In this document: positions 8,509 through 17,644 of the stretch, piece after piece
Layout: every line of letters starts with the position of its first letter
Numbering within the stretch: position 1 is the first letter of the stretch
NCBI GenBank assembly: GCA_964344635.1
Contig: CAYFOE010000003.1
Location: forward strand, 24,389 to 88,388
Length of the DNA: 64,000 bases
Reading direction: 5' to 3'
From: Candidatus Woesearchaeota archaeon
GTDB lineage: Archaea > Nanobdellota > Nanobdellia > SCGC-AAA011-G17 > UBA489
The notes under the pieces: model-generated
The model's input: the letters and a program-made list of their open reading frames with translations, nothing else
What the model was told of the DNA's origin: nothing
The model's database searches: none
Translations under genes and position numbers: made by a program

Positions 8509-10205
8509 AGAAAGAAATAAACAAAGAAATTCTAGAATCCTTTTTAGACAAAGGCTACCTGCTAGCCCCAGACATCGTAGAAGAAGACGGTTTTGATTCT
8601 GATTTCCTACACCTAGTCGATACCAAAATACTATCCAAAGACAAACCAGTAGTAATAGGTTCAGACATCTACAAAGGAGTCTCAAGAAAAGGAGTCTCAG
8701 GAATCAACTGGATAGAATTCGAAAAAAGCAGAGTACTACACGAAAAAGGAAAAACCAACAGACTATACTCCTCATTTCTAGAACTAATATTTGACGAACC
8801 ACAAGAAGAAAACCTAGGCTACTCCGTAGTTACCAAAAAAGAAGAACCAGTCAAACAAGTCGAAGAAGTTGTCGAAACCGTTAAAGAAGAAATCAAAGAA
8901 GTTCCACCCGACCAAACAAGCCTACTAAGTGTAGAATATCCACTGAAAGTACTAACTAACTACGAAGACGAATCCAAACTAAGAGAAGTCAAAGACTTTG
9001 TCTACCACTACAAAGAAAGATACGAATTCTTGAAAAACATTGTAGCAAAAAGACAAGAAATGCAAAATGTCATATCCATCAGCCGCGCATTCTCCAGAGA
9101 AAAGGGAGAAGAAGTCGCCCTCATCGGATTAATCTATGAAAAAAGACTAACCAAAAAAGGAAACACCATGATCAAACTAGAAGACACAACAGGCTCAATG
9201 AACGTTATCTTCGACTCAACAAAAACCAACGACCTAGATCTACTTTGTGAAGATGAACTAATCGGAGTTGTTGGAACAATGAGTAACGGCTTCCTATACG
9301 CAAGAGAAATAATATTCCCAGACATCCCAGCACAAACAGAAGTGAAAAAATTTAACGAAGACATCTGCGCAGCATTCATATCGGACGTACACATCGGAAG
9401 CGACCTATTTATCGAAGACAAAATGCTAGAACTAATAGCATGGCTAAACGGAAAACACGAAGACCCAAAAATGGTCGAACTAAGCAAAAAAGTCAAATTT
9501 TTGTTCATAACCGGAGACGTAGTAGACGGAGTAGGAATTTACCCCGGACAAGACAAAGAACTACACATCAAAAGCATCCAAGGCCAATACGATAGATGTG
9601 CCGAACTATTAGACATGATCAGAAAAGACATCAAAATTGTTCTATGCCCAGGAAACCACGATGCAAGAAGAATTGCAGAACCCCAACCCGCATTGGACAG
9701 ATATGCCGAATCCTTAAAGAAAATCGAGAACCTAACCTTAGTTTCAAACCCCTCAATGGTCAACGTGTTAGGAAACGAAACCTTTAGCGGATTCAACGTT
9801 TTAATGTATCATGGTTACAGTTATGACTACTACGCTGCAAACATAGAACCCATCGCCCAAAATGGAGGTTATGATCGCGGAGACCTAATCATGAAATTCT
9901 TATTACAAAAAAGACACCTAGCCCCCGTCCATACATCAACACTATTTGTTCCCAATGGCAAAGAAGACTACCTAGTCATCGACCAAATACCCGACATATT
10001 TGTATCAGGACACATACACAAAAGCAGTATATCCAAATACAAAGGAGTTACAAACATCGTAGGTTCTTGTTGGCAATACAAAACAGACTTCCAAGAAAGA
10101 GTCGGACACCACCCAGAATATTGTAAAGTCCCAATATTCAACTTTGGAACAGGAGAAGGAATGATCCTAGATTTCGCAGGAGAAGAAGAAAATGCAAATG
10201 AATGA
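8505..10205 (+). CDS. polD1: DNA polymerase D (Pol II) small subunit DP1, calcineurin-like phosphoesterase 3'-5' exonuclease
   Basis: OB-fold N-terminal part. Phosphoesterase motifs FISDVHIG, FLFITGDVVDG, GNHD and SGHIH. Start overlaps the cdc6 stop (ATGA). Confidence 0.9.
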   Translation: MKKEINKEILESFLDKGYLLAPDIVEEDGFDSDFLHLVDTKILSKDKPVVIGSDIYKGVSRKGVSGINWIEFEKSRVLHEKGKTNRLYSSFLELIFDEPQEENLGYSVVTKKEEPVKQVEEVVETVKEEIKEVPPDQTSLLSVEYPLKVLTNYEDESKLREVKDFVYHYKERYEFLKNIVAKRQEMQNVISISRAFSREKGEEVALIGLIYEKRLTKKGNTMIKLEDTTGSMNVIFDSTKTNDLDLLCEDELIGVVGTMSNGFLYAREIIFPDIPAQTEVKKFNEDICAAFISDVHIGSDLFIEDKMLELIAWLNGKHEDPKMVELSKKVKFLFITGDVVDGVGIYPGQDKELHIKSIQGQYDRCAELLDMIRKDIKIVLCPGNHDARRIAEPQPALDRYAESLKKIENLTLVSNPSMVNVLGNETFSGFNVLMYHGYSYDYYAANIEPIAQNGGYDRGDLIMKFLLQKRHLAPVHTSTLFVPNGKEDYLVIDQIPDIFVSGHIHKSSISKYKGVTNIVGSCWQYKTDFQERVGHHPEYCKVPIFNFGTGEGMILDFAGEEENANE

Positions 10206-13200
10206 AGACACCAACAAGTACTTCGAAGACATAAAATCCGATGTAAACATTGCATTCAGTCTAGCAAACAAATGTAGAGCCAAAAATCTAGACCCCGAAG
10301 ACCATGTAGAAATAATGCTAGCTAAAGACATGGCCGAAAGAGTAGTAGGTCTAATCTCAGTTGTAGCTCCCGAACTGAAAAAAACCAACCTAGTAGAACG
10401 AATCAAAGAACTAGAAGAAAAATTCGGAACACAAGACTGGAGAGTTGCCCTAACCGTAGCATTAGAAGTCGCCCAAGAAAAATTTGTCAAATTCGAAACA
10501 AAAGAACTGGCAATGGAAATAGGCCTGAGAGTTGGACTCTCCTACATCACTAACGGAGTTGTTTCTTCACCACTAGAAGGATTTACCAAACTACAAGTAA
10601 AAAAAAGAAGAGACGGAAAAGACTACCTTGCTTTGTTTTATTCCGGACCAATCAGAAGCGCAGGCGGAACCGCAAGTAGCGTTTCTTTACTAATTGGAGA
10701 TTACATCCGGAAAAATATGGGCTACGAACCCTACGATCCAGACGAAACAGAAATCAAAAGAATGTGCACAGAACTAACAGACTATCACGAAAGAGTAACC
10801 AACCTACAATACATGCCCTCAGATGCAGAAATCAGATACTTAGTTGAAAACATTCCCATCCAAATCGACGGAGACCCAAGCGAGAAAATAGAAGTCAGTA
10901 ATTACAAAGGACTAGACAGAGTTGAAACCAACCGTGTAAGAAACGGAGTTTGCCTAGTAACAGGCGAAGGCATTGCACAAAAAGCCCCAAAAGTATGGAA
11001 ACAACTCGCCAAATGGGGAATAGACCTAGGAATGGAACAATGGAATTTCCTAGGAGATTTCGTCAAACTCCAAAAAGAAATTAAAGCCAAAAAAGCAGTC
11101 AAAAAAGACGATGACAGTGACCAAAAACTAAAACCCGACTACACATTCATCAAAGATATCGTTGCAGGAAGGCCAGTGTTCAACCACCCATTAGCCGACG
11201 GAGGATTCAGACTAAGATATGGACGTTCAAGAATCTCAGGACTATCAGCAAACAGCATGAACCCTGCAACCATGGCAGTATTGAACGACTTCATCGCAAT
11301 AGGAACACAACTAAAAACCGAAAGACCAGGAAAAAGCACAATCATTTCTAACTGTGATTCCATCGAAGGACCAATCGTAAAATTAGTTGACGGCTCTGTC
11401 TTAAAATTAAACACCTTAGAAGAAGCTAACAAAGTCAAAAACAAAGTCGAAGAAGTAATCTATCTAGGAGACATGCTAATCTGTTACGGTGACTTCTTTG
11501 ACAGAGGCCACACCCTAATCCCTGCAGGGTATTGTGAAGAATGGTGGGCACAAGAAGTTCTAGAAGCTGCCGAGAAAAAACCCAAAGAAAACTTCGAAGA
11601 ACTATTAGAAAAACTAAAAGACGATTACTTCACAGAAATCCCATTCAAAGAAGCAATAAAAATCTCTGAACATTTTGGAGTTGCACTACATCCAAAATAT
11701 ACCTACAATTGGAAAGCAATAACCATCGAAGATCTAAAGATCTTAGACGAATGGATAAAAAATGGAAATTTCATCGAAGGTAAAGTTGTATTGCCCTTCC
11801 CTGAAGAAAAAATTAAAAGAACTTTGGAATTAGTAGGAATCCCACACAAAGTTGTAGGAAAAGAATACTTAGTAATCATGGGCCTAGATTCTGAATTAGT
11901 TAAATTCTATTTCGAAAACTTAGACCTTACAAAAAACAACATCTTAGAATGCTTCAACAAAAAATACCCCATAGCAGACAAGTTGGGAACGACAATCGGA
12001 GCAAGAATGGGACGTCCAGAAAAAGCAAAAATGAGAAAATTAACTGGAAGCCCCCACGTACTATTCCCCGTAGGCGATGAAGGTGGCAGATTAAGATCCT
12101 TCCAAAGCTCCCTAGACATTGGAAAAGTAAAAAACCAATTTCCAACCTATGTCTGCGAATGCGGAGAAAGTTCAGTCTATCCCAGCTGTCTAAGCTGTGG
12201 AAAAAAAGCAAAGAAAAAATATCAATGCAACATGTGCGGAGAACTAGGCGAAAAATGCAAACACGACTTTGTAAACGCCTATAAAAGTATGGATCTAGAC
12301 ATTATCAAATATTTCAACAATGCAACCAAACTTTCAGGAATGAACAGAAGTATGTTACCAGAACTGATCAAAGGCGTAAGAGGAACAAGCAACAAAGAAC
12401 ACATTCCTGAACATTTAGTTAAAGGTTTATTGAGAGCTAAAAATAAAATCTACGTTAACAAAGACGGAACCACCCGTTACGACATGACAGAAATGCCCAT
12501 CACACACTTCAAACCAAAAGAAATAGGAACCAGTGTCGAAATGCTAAAAAAACTAGGTTATCTAAAAGACGTAAAAGGCAGAGAGTTAACCAATGAAGAC
12601 CAAGTACTAGAACTAAAAATACAAGACGTCATATTACCCGCATCAAAAGAAGCAATGGATGAAGGCTGCGATGAAGTTTTCAAAAGAGTTGCACAATTCG
12701 TAGACGACCTATTAGTTAATGTCTACAGAGAAAAAAGCTTCTACAATGTAAAAGACAGAACAGACCTAGTTGGACAATTAGTTCTGGCTTTAGCCCCACA
12801 CATAAGTGCAGGCGCAGTAGGAAGAATAATCGGTTTCAGCAAGACCCAAGGAATTCTAGCTCACCCCTACTTCCATTGCATGGTTAGAAGAGACTGCGAT
12901 GGAGATGAACTATGCTGTTCACTATTATTAGACTCACTGATCAACTTTTCAAAACACTATCTGCCAGCACACAGAGGGAGCACACAAGACGCCCCACTAG
13001 TTTTAACAAGTGTTTTAACACCAACAGAAGTAGACGACATGGTATTCAACATGGACGTTTGTTGGAATTATCCACTAGAACTATACAGAGGAGCCCAAAA
13101 TTACCTCAAACCATGGGACATCAAAATAGACCAGCTAAATGGAAGACTGGGAACCGAAAAACAATTTTGTGACATGGGCTACACACATGAAACCACAGAC

Positions 13201-13650
13201 TTGAACAATGCAATTCCCTGCAGTGCATACAAATCTTTACCCACAATGGACGAAAAAGTTCAAGGCCAAATGGAAGTAGCAAAAAAAGTAAGGGCAGTGA
13301 AAACCGACGACGTTGCAAGACTAGTTATTGAAAGACACTTTATCAGAGACATAAAAGGAAATCTGAGAAAATTTAGCATGCAACAATTTAGGTGCGTAAA
13401 ATGTAACGAAAAATATAGACGCCCCCCAATAGCAGGCCATTGTATCGCACCCAAATGTTTCGGTAAAATCATATTCACAATCTCACAAGGAAGCATAGTA
13501 AAATACTTAGAACCAAGCCTAAAACTGGCAAGGGAATTCGAGATATCTCCATATTTACAAGAAACCCTAGACATCACCAAAATGAGAGTGGAAAGCATCT
13601 TCGGGAAAAACGAAGAAAAACAAGAAGGACTAACCACATTCTTCAAGTAA
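10192..13650 (+). CDS. polD2: DNA polymerase D (Pol II) large catalytic subunit DP2; no intein
   Basis: 1152 aa. N-terminal MQMNEDTNKYFEDIKSDVNIAFSLANKCRAKNLDPEDHVEIMLAKDMAERV is typical of DP2. Several Cys4 clusters (CECGESSVYPSCLSCG, CNMCGELGEKC, CVKCNEKYRRPPIAGHCIAPKC). Overlaps polD1 by 14 nt. Confidence 0.9.
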   Translation: MQMNEDTNKYFEDIKSDVNIAFSLANKCRAKNLDPEDHVEIMLAKDMAERVVGLISVVAPELKKTNLVERIKELEEKFGTQDWRVALTVALEVAQEKFVKFETKELAMEIGLRVGLSYITNGVVSSPLEGFTKLQVKKRRDGKDYLALFYSGPIRSAGGTASSVSLLIGDYIRKNMGYEPYDPDETEIKRMCTELTDYHERVTNLQYMPSDAEIRYLVENIPIQIDGDPSEKIEVSNYKGLDRVETNRVRNGVCLVTGEGIAQKAPKVWKQLAKWGIDLGMEQWNFLGDFVKLQKEIKAKKAVKKDDDSDQKLKPDYTFIKDIVAGRPVFNHPLADGGFRLRYGRSRISGLSANSMNPATMAVLNDFIAIGTQLKTERPGKSTIISNCDSIEGPIVKLVDGSVLKLNTLEEANKVKNKVEEVIYLGDMLICYGDFFDRGHTLIPAGYCEEWWAQEVLEAAEKKPKENFEELLEKLKDDYFTEIPFKEAIKISEHFGVALHPKYTYNWKAITIEDLKILDEWIKNGNFIEGKVVLPFPEEKIKRTLELVGIPHKVVGKEYLVIMGLDSELVKFYFENLDLTKNNILECFNKKYPIADKLGTTIGARMGRPEKAKMRKLTGSPHVLFPVGDEGGRLRSFQSSLDIGKVKNQFPTYVCECGESSVYPSCLSCGKKAKKKYQCNMCGELGEKCKHDFVNAYKSMDLDIIKYFNNATKLSGMNRSMLPELIKGVRGTSNKEHIPEHLVKGLLRAKNKIYVNKDGTTRYDMTEMPITHFKPKEIGTSVEMLKKLGYLKDVKGRELTNEDQVLELKIQDVILPASKEAMDEGCDEVFKRVAQFVDDLLVNVYREKSFYNVKDRTDLVGQLVLALAPHISAGAVGRIIGFSKTQGILAHPYFHCMVRRDCDGDELCCSLLLDSLINFSKHYLPAHRGSTQDAPLVLTSVLTPTEVDDMVFNMDVCWNYPLELYRGAQNYLKPWDIKIDQLNGRLGTEKQFCDMGYTHETTDLNNAIPCSAYKSLPTMDEKVQGQMEVAKKVRAVKTDDVARLVIERHFIRDIKGNLRKFSMQQFRCVKCNEKYRRPPIAGHCIAPKCFGKIIFTISQGSIVKYLEPSLKLAREFEISPYLQETLDITKMRVESIFGKNEEKQEGLTTFFK

Positions 13651-13761
13651 AAAATAGTTTTGAGGTAGATTTTAAGGGAGTTGGTTAGTTTTTTCCGCAT
13701 ATTTTCTGGTAATTCCAAAAGGATAATCTTTTAAATTAACAATAGTTAATTTAGGTTCAAA

Positions 13762-14145
13762 ATGGACCCAAATTTAAAGGTAATTCAGCCTCAAGAGATA
13801 GAAGCATGGTATATCCTGCCCCTAATAAGAAAAGAGCTAGCCCTAGCTATGAAAGAAGAAGGTCTAGACCAGAAGAGCATTGCAAAAATGCTAGGAGTTA
13901 CAGCCGCAGCAATTTCACAGTACGTGAACAATAAAAGAGGCAACGACCTAAAAATTGACAACCACCTAAAAGAACACTTTTCACAATCAGCAAAAAACAT
14001 CGTCAAAGATTCAAGCCTAATATTTGCAGAAGTCCAAAAATTGTTGAAATTATTGTGGAATGAAGGCGTAGTCTGTAAAATACACAGGGAGAAAAGCTGG
14101 CATCCTGAAGACAAGGATTGCGGAATTTGTTTCAAAAATGAATAA
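13762..14145 (+). CDS. small HTH (XRE-like) protein with C-terminal Cys/His cluster; candidate regulator of the downstream Fe-S operon
   Basis: SIAKMLGVTAAAISQYVNNKRG is a helix-turn-helix. C-terminal CKIHREKSWHPEDKDCGIC. Stop overlaps the iscS start. Confidence 0.45.
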   Translation: MDPNLKVIQPQEIEAWYILPLIRKELALAMKEEGLDQKSIAKMLGVTAAAISQYVNNKRGNDLKIDNHLKEHFSQSAKNIVKDSSLIFAEVQKLLKLLWNEGVVCKIHREKSWHPEDKDCGICFKNE

Positions 14146-15328
14146 AAAAATCTACATGGATAATTCAGCAACAACCAAAATAGATGAAGTTGTTAAAGAA
14201 GAACTTATCAAATACTTAGAAGTATACGGAAACCCAGGAAGTTTTCACACCATAGGGTTAGAATCAAAAAGAGCCCTAGCAAATGCACGTGAAAGAATTG
14301 CTAAAATCTTGAATTGTAAGAGCTCCGAATTAATATTCACTTCAGGAGGAACAGAAAGCATCAACCTTGCATTGAAAGGACTGGCCTTTGGAAGTAACGG
14401 CAAAAAAAATAAAATTATTACAACCGAAATAGAACATCCTGCAGTCTTAGAAACCTGCGAATTCTTGAAGAAAAAAGGTTTTGAAATTATCTTTGTTAAG
14501 ATGGATAGAACAGGATTAATCGACATGGAGGACCTAAAAAACAAAATCTCTGAAGAAACCCTACTAGTTAGTATAATGTACGCAAACAACGAAGTTGGAA
14601 CCATCCAAAACATTAAAGAAATTGGAAAAATCTGCAAAGAAAAAAACATTAAACTTCACACAGATGCCTGCCAAGCCGCAGGTTATTTAGAATTAAATGT
14701 CAAAGAATTAAATTTAGACATGATGACTCTAAACTCAAGCAAAGTATACGGACCAAAAGGTATCGGGCTACTATATGTTAAAACAGGAATTGTACTAGAA
14801 CCGCTAATCCATGGAGGCGGCCAAGAAGGGAACAAAAGATCAGGCACAGAAAACCTAGCTGGAATAAGGGCATTCACCAAAGCACTAGAAATTGCAGAAG
14901 AACAAAGAGAAAACGAAACCCAAAGACTATCAGAACTAAGAGACTACATGATTGAAGAAATACTAAAAAAAATTCCCAAATCCATATTAAACGGCCACCC
15001 GTCGATGAGACTTCCCAACAATATAAACATCAGCTTCTTAGACGTCGAAGGAGAAGCAATCTTGCTCTATTTAGACTCTATGGACGTTTATGCATCAAGC
15101 GGAAGTGCATGCACTTCAAAAACATTGGACCCATCCCACGTAGTTGTTGCCCTAGGCGTACCTTATGAATATGCACATGGAAGTATAAGATTCACCCTGG
15201 GGAAAGACACGACAAAAGAAGATATAGACTACGTTCTAGAAATCTTACCCAAAATTGTCAAAGACCTGAGAAAAATATCCCCATTCAACGTAGACAGTGA
15301 AAAACTAGAGAAGGAGATCAAAAAATGA
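14138..15328 (+). CDS. iscS: cysteine desulfurase (IscS/NifS class I, PLP-dependent)
   Basis: TSGGTESINLAL. PLP-lysine region SSKVYGPKGIGLLYV. Active-site loop SSGSACTS. Confidence 0.88.
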   Translation: MNKKIYMDNSATTKIDEVVKEELIKYLEVYGNPGSFHTIGLESKRALANARERIAKILNCKSSELIFTSGGTESINLALKGLAFGSNGKKNKIITTEIEHPAVLETCEFLKKKGFEIIFVKMDRTGLIDMEDLKNKISEETLLVSIMYANNEVGTIQNIKEIGKICKEKNIKLHTDACQAAGYLELNVKELNLDMMTLNSSKVYGPKGIGLLYVKTGIVLEPLIHGGGQEGNKRSGTENLAGIRAFTKALEIAEEQRENETQRLSELRDYMIEEILKKIPKSILNGHPSMRLPNNINISFLDVEGEAILLYLDSMDVYASSGSACTSKTLDPSHVVVALGVPYEYAHGSIRFTLGKDTTKEDIDYVLEILPKIVKDLRKISPFNVDSEKLEKEIKK

Positions 15329-15984
15329 GCCTAGTCAAATTAGGAGACGGAAAAAGTCATGACGGCAGAGACTGGTTTTACACAGATACAGTCAAAGAAC
15401 ATTTCTTCCACCCACGAAACATCTTCAAAACCGCAGACGAAGTCAAGAACTTTAATGCAGACGGAGTAGGTTTAGTCGGAAGTCCAGCCTGTGGAGACGG
15501 AATGAAAATTTTCATAAAAGTTAACCCCCAAGAAGATAAAATTGTAGACCTAAAATGGCAAACCTATGGATGCGGAACTGCAATCGCAAGCACATCAGCA
15601 TTTAGCGTGATGATACTAGAAAAAGGTGGAATGAAAATCGAAGAAGCACTAAAAATCAAACCCAAAGACATTGCAGAATATCTAGGAGGAATTCCGCCAA
15701 GAAAATTCCATTGCAGCGTTTTAGCTGACAAAGCATTCAGAGAAGCAGTTAACGATTATTTTAAAAAATCCGGCCAACAAGACAGAGTCGTTGAAGGAGT
15801 TGCAAAGATCATAGACAAAGTGCTAAAAATTACAGACCACGACATCGAACACGCAGTCTTAGAAGGGACCATGGATCTTGAAGCAGTACAAAAGAAAACC
15901 AAAGTTGGAATTCACGACAAAGATTGCATCTCCCAAGTGCAAAAACTTATAGAAGAATACAAAGAAAAATATTTCGGAGATTAA
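15325..15984 (+). CDS. iscU: IscU/NifU-like Fe-S cluster scaffold with C-terminal extension
   Basis: Three scaffold cysteines in GSPACGDGMKIF, YGCGTAIASTSAF and KFHCSVLA. Overlapping start with iscS. Confidence 0.8.
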   Translation: MSLVKLGDGKSHDGRDWFYTDTVKEHFFHPRNIFKTADEVKNFNADGVGLVGSPACGDGMKIFIKVNPQEDKIVDLKWQTYGCGTAIASTSAFSVMILEKGGMKIEEALKIKPKDIAEYLGGIPPRKFHCSVLADKAFREAVNDYFKKSGQQDRVVEGVAKIIDKVLKITDHDIEHAVLEGTMDLEAVQKKTKVGIHDKDCISQVQKLIEEYKEKYFGD

Positions 15985-15985
15985 A

Positions 15986-16573
15986 ATGGACAAATTAGAC
16001 GAAACAAAAAAAATAACAAAAGACATGACAATCGGATCTATCCTAGAGAATTACCCAGACAAAGCAATGAAGCTATCAGAAATAATGGCTGCCGCAGGAT
16101 TACACTGCGTAGGTTGTGGAGCAGCAACCTTCGAAACCTTAGAACAAGGAGTGATTGGACATGGATTCGATGAAAACGTTTTGAATAAACTTGTCGAAGA
16201 TCTAAATAGTGTTTTCGATAAAAATGAAGACATCGAAATTTCTGACGAAGAAGTTATCACCCTAGACAAATCAGCAGTAGACAAAATAAAAGAAATAAGA
16301 AAATCAGAAAACAAAGAAGGATTTGGACTAAGAGTCACAGTATTGGCCGGCGGCTGCGCAGGCTATTCATACGCCCTAGACCTGAAAGAAGGACCCGAAG
16401 AAGACGACATGATACTAGAAGAAGAAGGAATTAAAATCTTCATCGACAAAGACAGTGCCAAAGTTTTGAAAGGCACCAAAATCAAGTATGTCGAATCCTT
16501 AGAAGAAAGCGGGTTTAAATTTGAAAACCCCAACATATCATCAAGTTGCGGTTGTGGAAAATCATTTAATTAA
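15986..16573 (+). CDS. fusion of DUF1858-like redox CxxC domain with A-type Fe-S carrier (IscA/HesB)
   Basis: N-terminal LHCVGCGAATFETLEQG. C-terminal half GLRVTVLAGGCAGYSYALDL...FENPNISSSCGCGKSF carries the IscA/HesB signature. Confidence 0.65.
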   Translation: MDKLDETKKITKDMTIGSILENYPDKAMKLSEIMAAAGLHCVGCGAATFETLEQGVIGHGFDENVLNKLVEDLNSVFDKNEDIEISDEEVITLDKSAVDKIKEIRKSENKEGFGLRVTVLAGGCAGYSYALDLKEGPEEDDMILEEEGIKIFIDKDSAKVLKGTKIKYVESLEESGFKFENPNISSSCGCGKSFN

Positions 16574-16704
16574 TTGAAACAGGAACACCCCCAACATCGA
16601 ACTGATTAGTGAAAGACCCAATAGCCTTTTTTCAATTTTTAACAAAACCATGAATCAAACAAGAAAAGTTAATTTAAATTAATGTTGCGACAATCTCCGA
16701 AGAA

Positions 16705-16956
16705 TCAACAATAAAACTCTTCTTCAGACCTATCAACCCATTTATATGCAACCGGTTTAGCCTCACAACAATTCTCATAAGTTGTAGCCCTAGGAATAGT
16801 AGTATGCACATAATCATAACATTGACCTAACTCAGGAACATCCTGTGGCTGAGTTGCCAACCCAGTAGGGTTCAAAATCATCTGTGCAGAAAGCAAAGTT
16901 GCCGCCAACACAAATGTTACAGCAAGAATAAAACTCGTACTTTCACCTTTTTTCAT
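16705..16956 (-). CDS. small secreted protein with signal peptide and four cysteines
   Basis: MKKGESTSFILAVTFVLAATLLSAQM, then a Cys-containing 55-aa domain. Confidence 0.35.
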   Translation of the reverse strand: MKKGESTSFILAVTFVLAATLLSAQMILNPTGLATQPQDVPELGQCYDYVHTTIPRATTYENCCEAKPVAYKWVDRSEEEFYC

Positions 16957-16972
16957 AAAGCTATATTCGCTT

Positions 16973-17644
16973 TTATTTATTTAAGCCTTTGTATTCATGG
17001 TTGATAGCATCAATTATTTTTTCTGCTTTTTTCTCACCCATCTTATCTATCTTCCTCAACTCCAACTCCGACGCAGAGAACACATTCCTAACAGTTTTGA
17101 ATTTCTTCAAAAGTGCCTTTGCCAAAGTAGGCCCCACACCCGGAAGAGCCTCAATCAAATACTCCTGTTGCTCCTTTAATGAAGCAGACTTCCTTTTAGG
17201 AATCAAAGAATAATGCCTTGCAGGCTTTTCCAACCTTTTTGCAATCACCGAGAGAAGAGACGCAGTATCCTTCGTAGTCTTAGTATAAACCACCGGAATC
17301 TGAAAGTCAATAGCAATCGAAGCCAACATGCCACGTATTGCATTAGGGTGGATGTTTCTCAAAGTATAAATATTCTGGTCCCCCTCAATTATCAAGAGCT
17401 GCTTGGTGAAATTCCTTTTCAGTTCTAACAACTGCCTCAGAATTCTTTTATCCATCATAGAATTAAGAAAATCCTCCTGAGTCTTTTTCTCAATCCCCAA
17501 CGCATGAACATTACCCTGCTGATCCCTAGTTTTCAAAATAAAATCAGCAACCTCCAACTGTTTTACCTGAGTATCAAATCCCTTTTTAGCAAGATCTACA
17601 ATTATCCTCGACCTTCTCTCCCTAGTATCAACGATTATCTTCAT
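16973..17644 (-). CDS. hef: Hef/XPF nuclease part: ERCC4 endonuclease domain plus C-terminal HhH2
   Basis: IIVDTRERRS...ADFILKTRD...LGIEKKTQEDFLNSMMDKRILRQL matches the ERCC4 (GDxnERKx3D) pattern. C-terminal LPGVGPTLAKALLKKF is an HhH. Start overlaps the end of the helicase ORF by 17 nt in another frame. Confidence 0.75.
   Translation of the reverse strand: MKIIVDTRERRSRIIVDLAKKGFDTQVKQLEVADFILKTRDQQGNVHALGIEKKTQEDFLNSMMDKRILRQLLELKRNFTKQLLIIEGDQNIYTLRNIHPNAIRGMLASIAIDFQIPVVYTKTTKDTASLLSVIAKRLEKPARHYSLIPKRKSASLKEQQEYLIEALPGVGPTLAKALLKKFKTVRNVFSASELELRKIDKMGEKKAEKIIDAINHEYKGLNK

Noticed and set aside
8505-13650. Inteins in PolD subunits or Cdc6
   Set aside because: Lengths (566, 1152, 405 aa) are those of intein-free proteins. 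No C-terminal HN/extein junction motifs interrupt conserved blocks.
16574-16704. Small ncRNA or C/D-box sRNA in intergenic regions (for example 16574-16704 and 63237-63344)
   Set aside because: No convincing RTGATGA...CTGA box pairs or stable stems were seen by eye. This cannot be supported without a covariance search.
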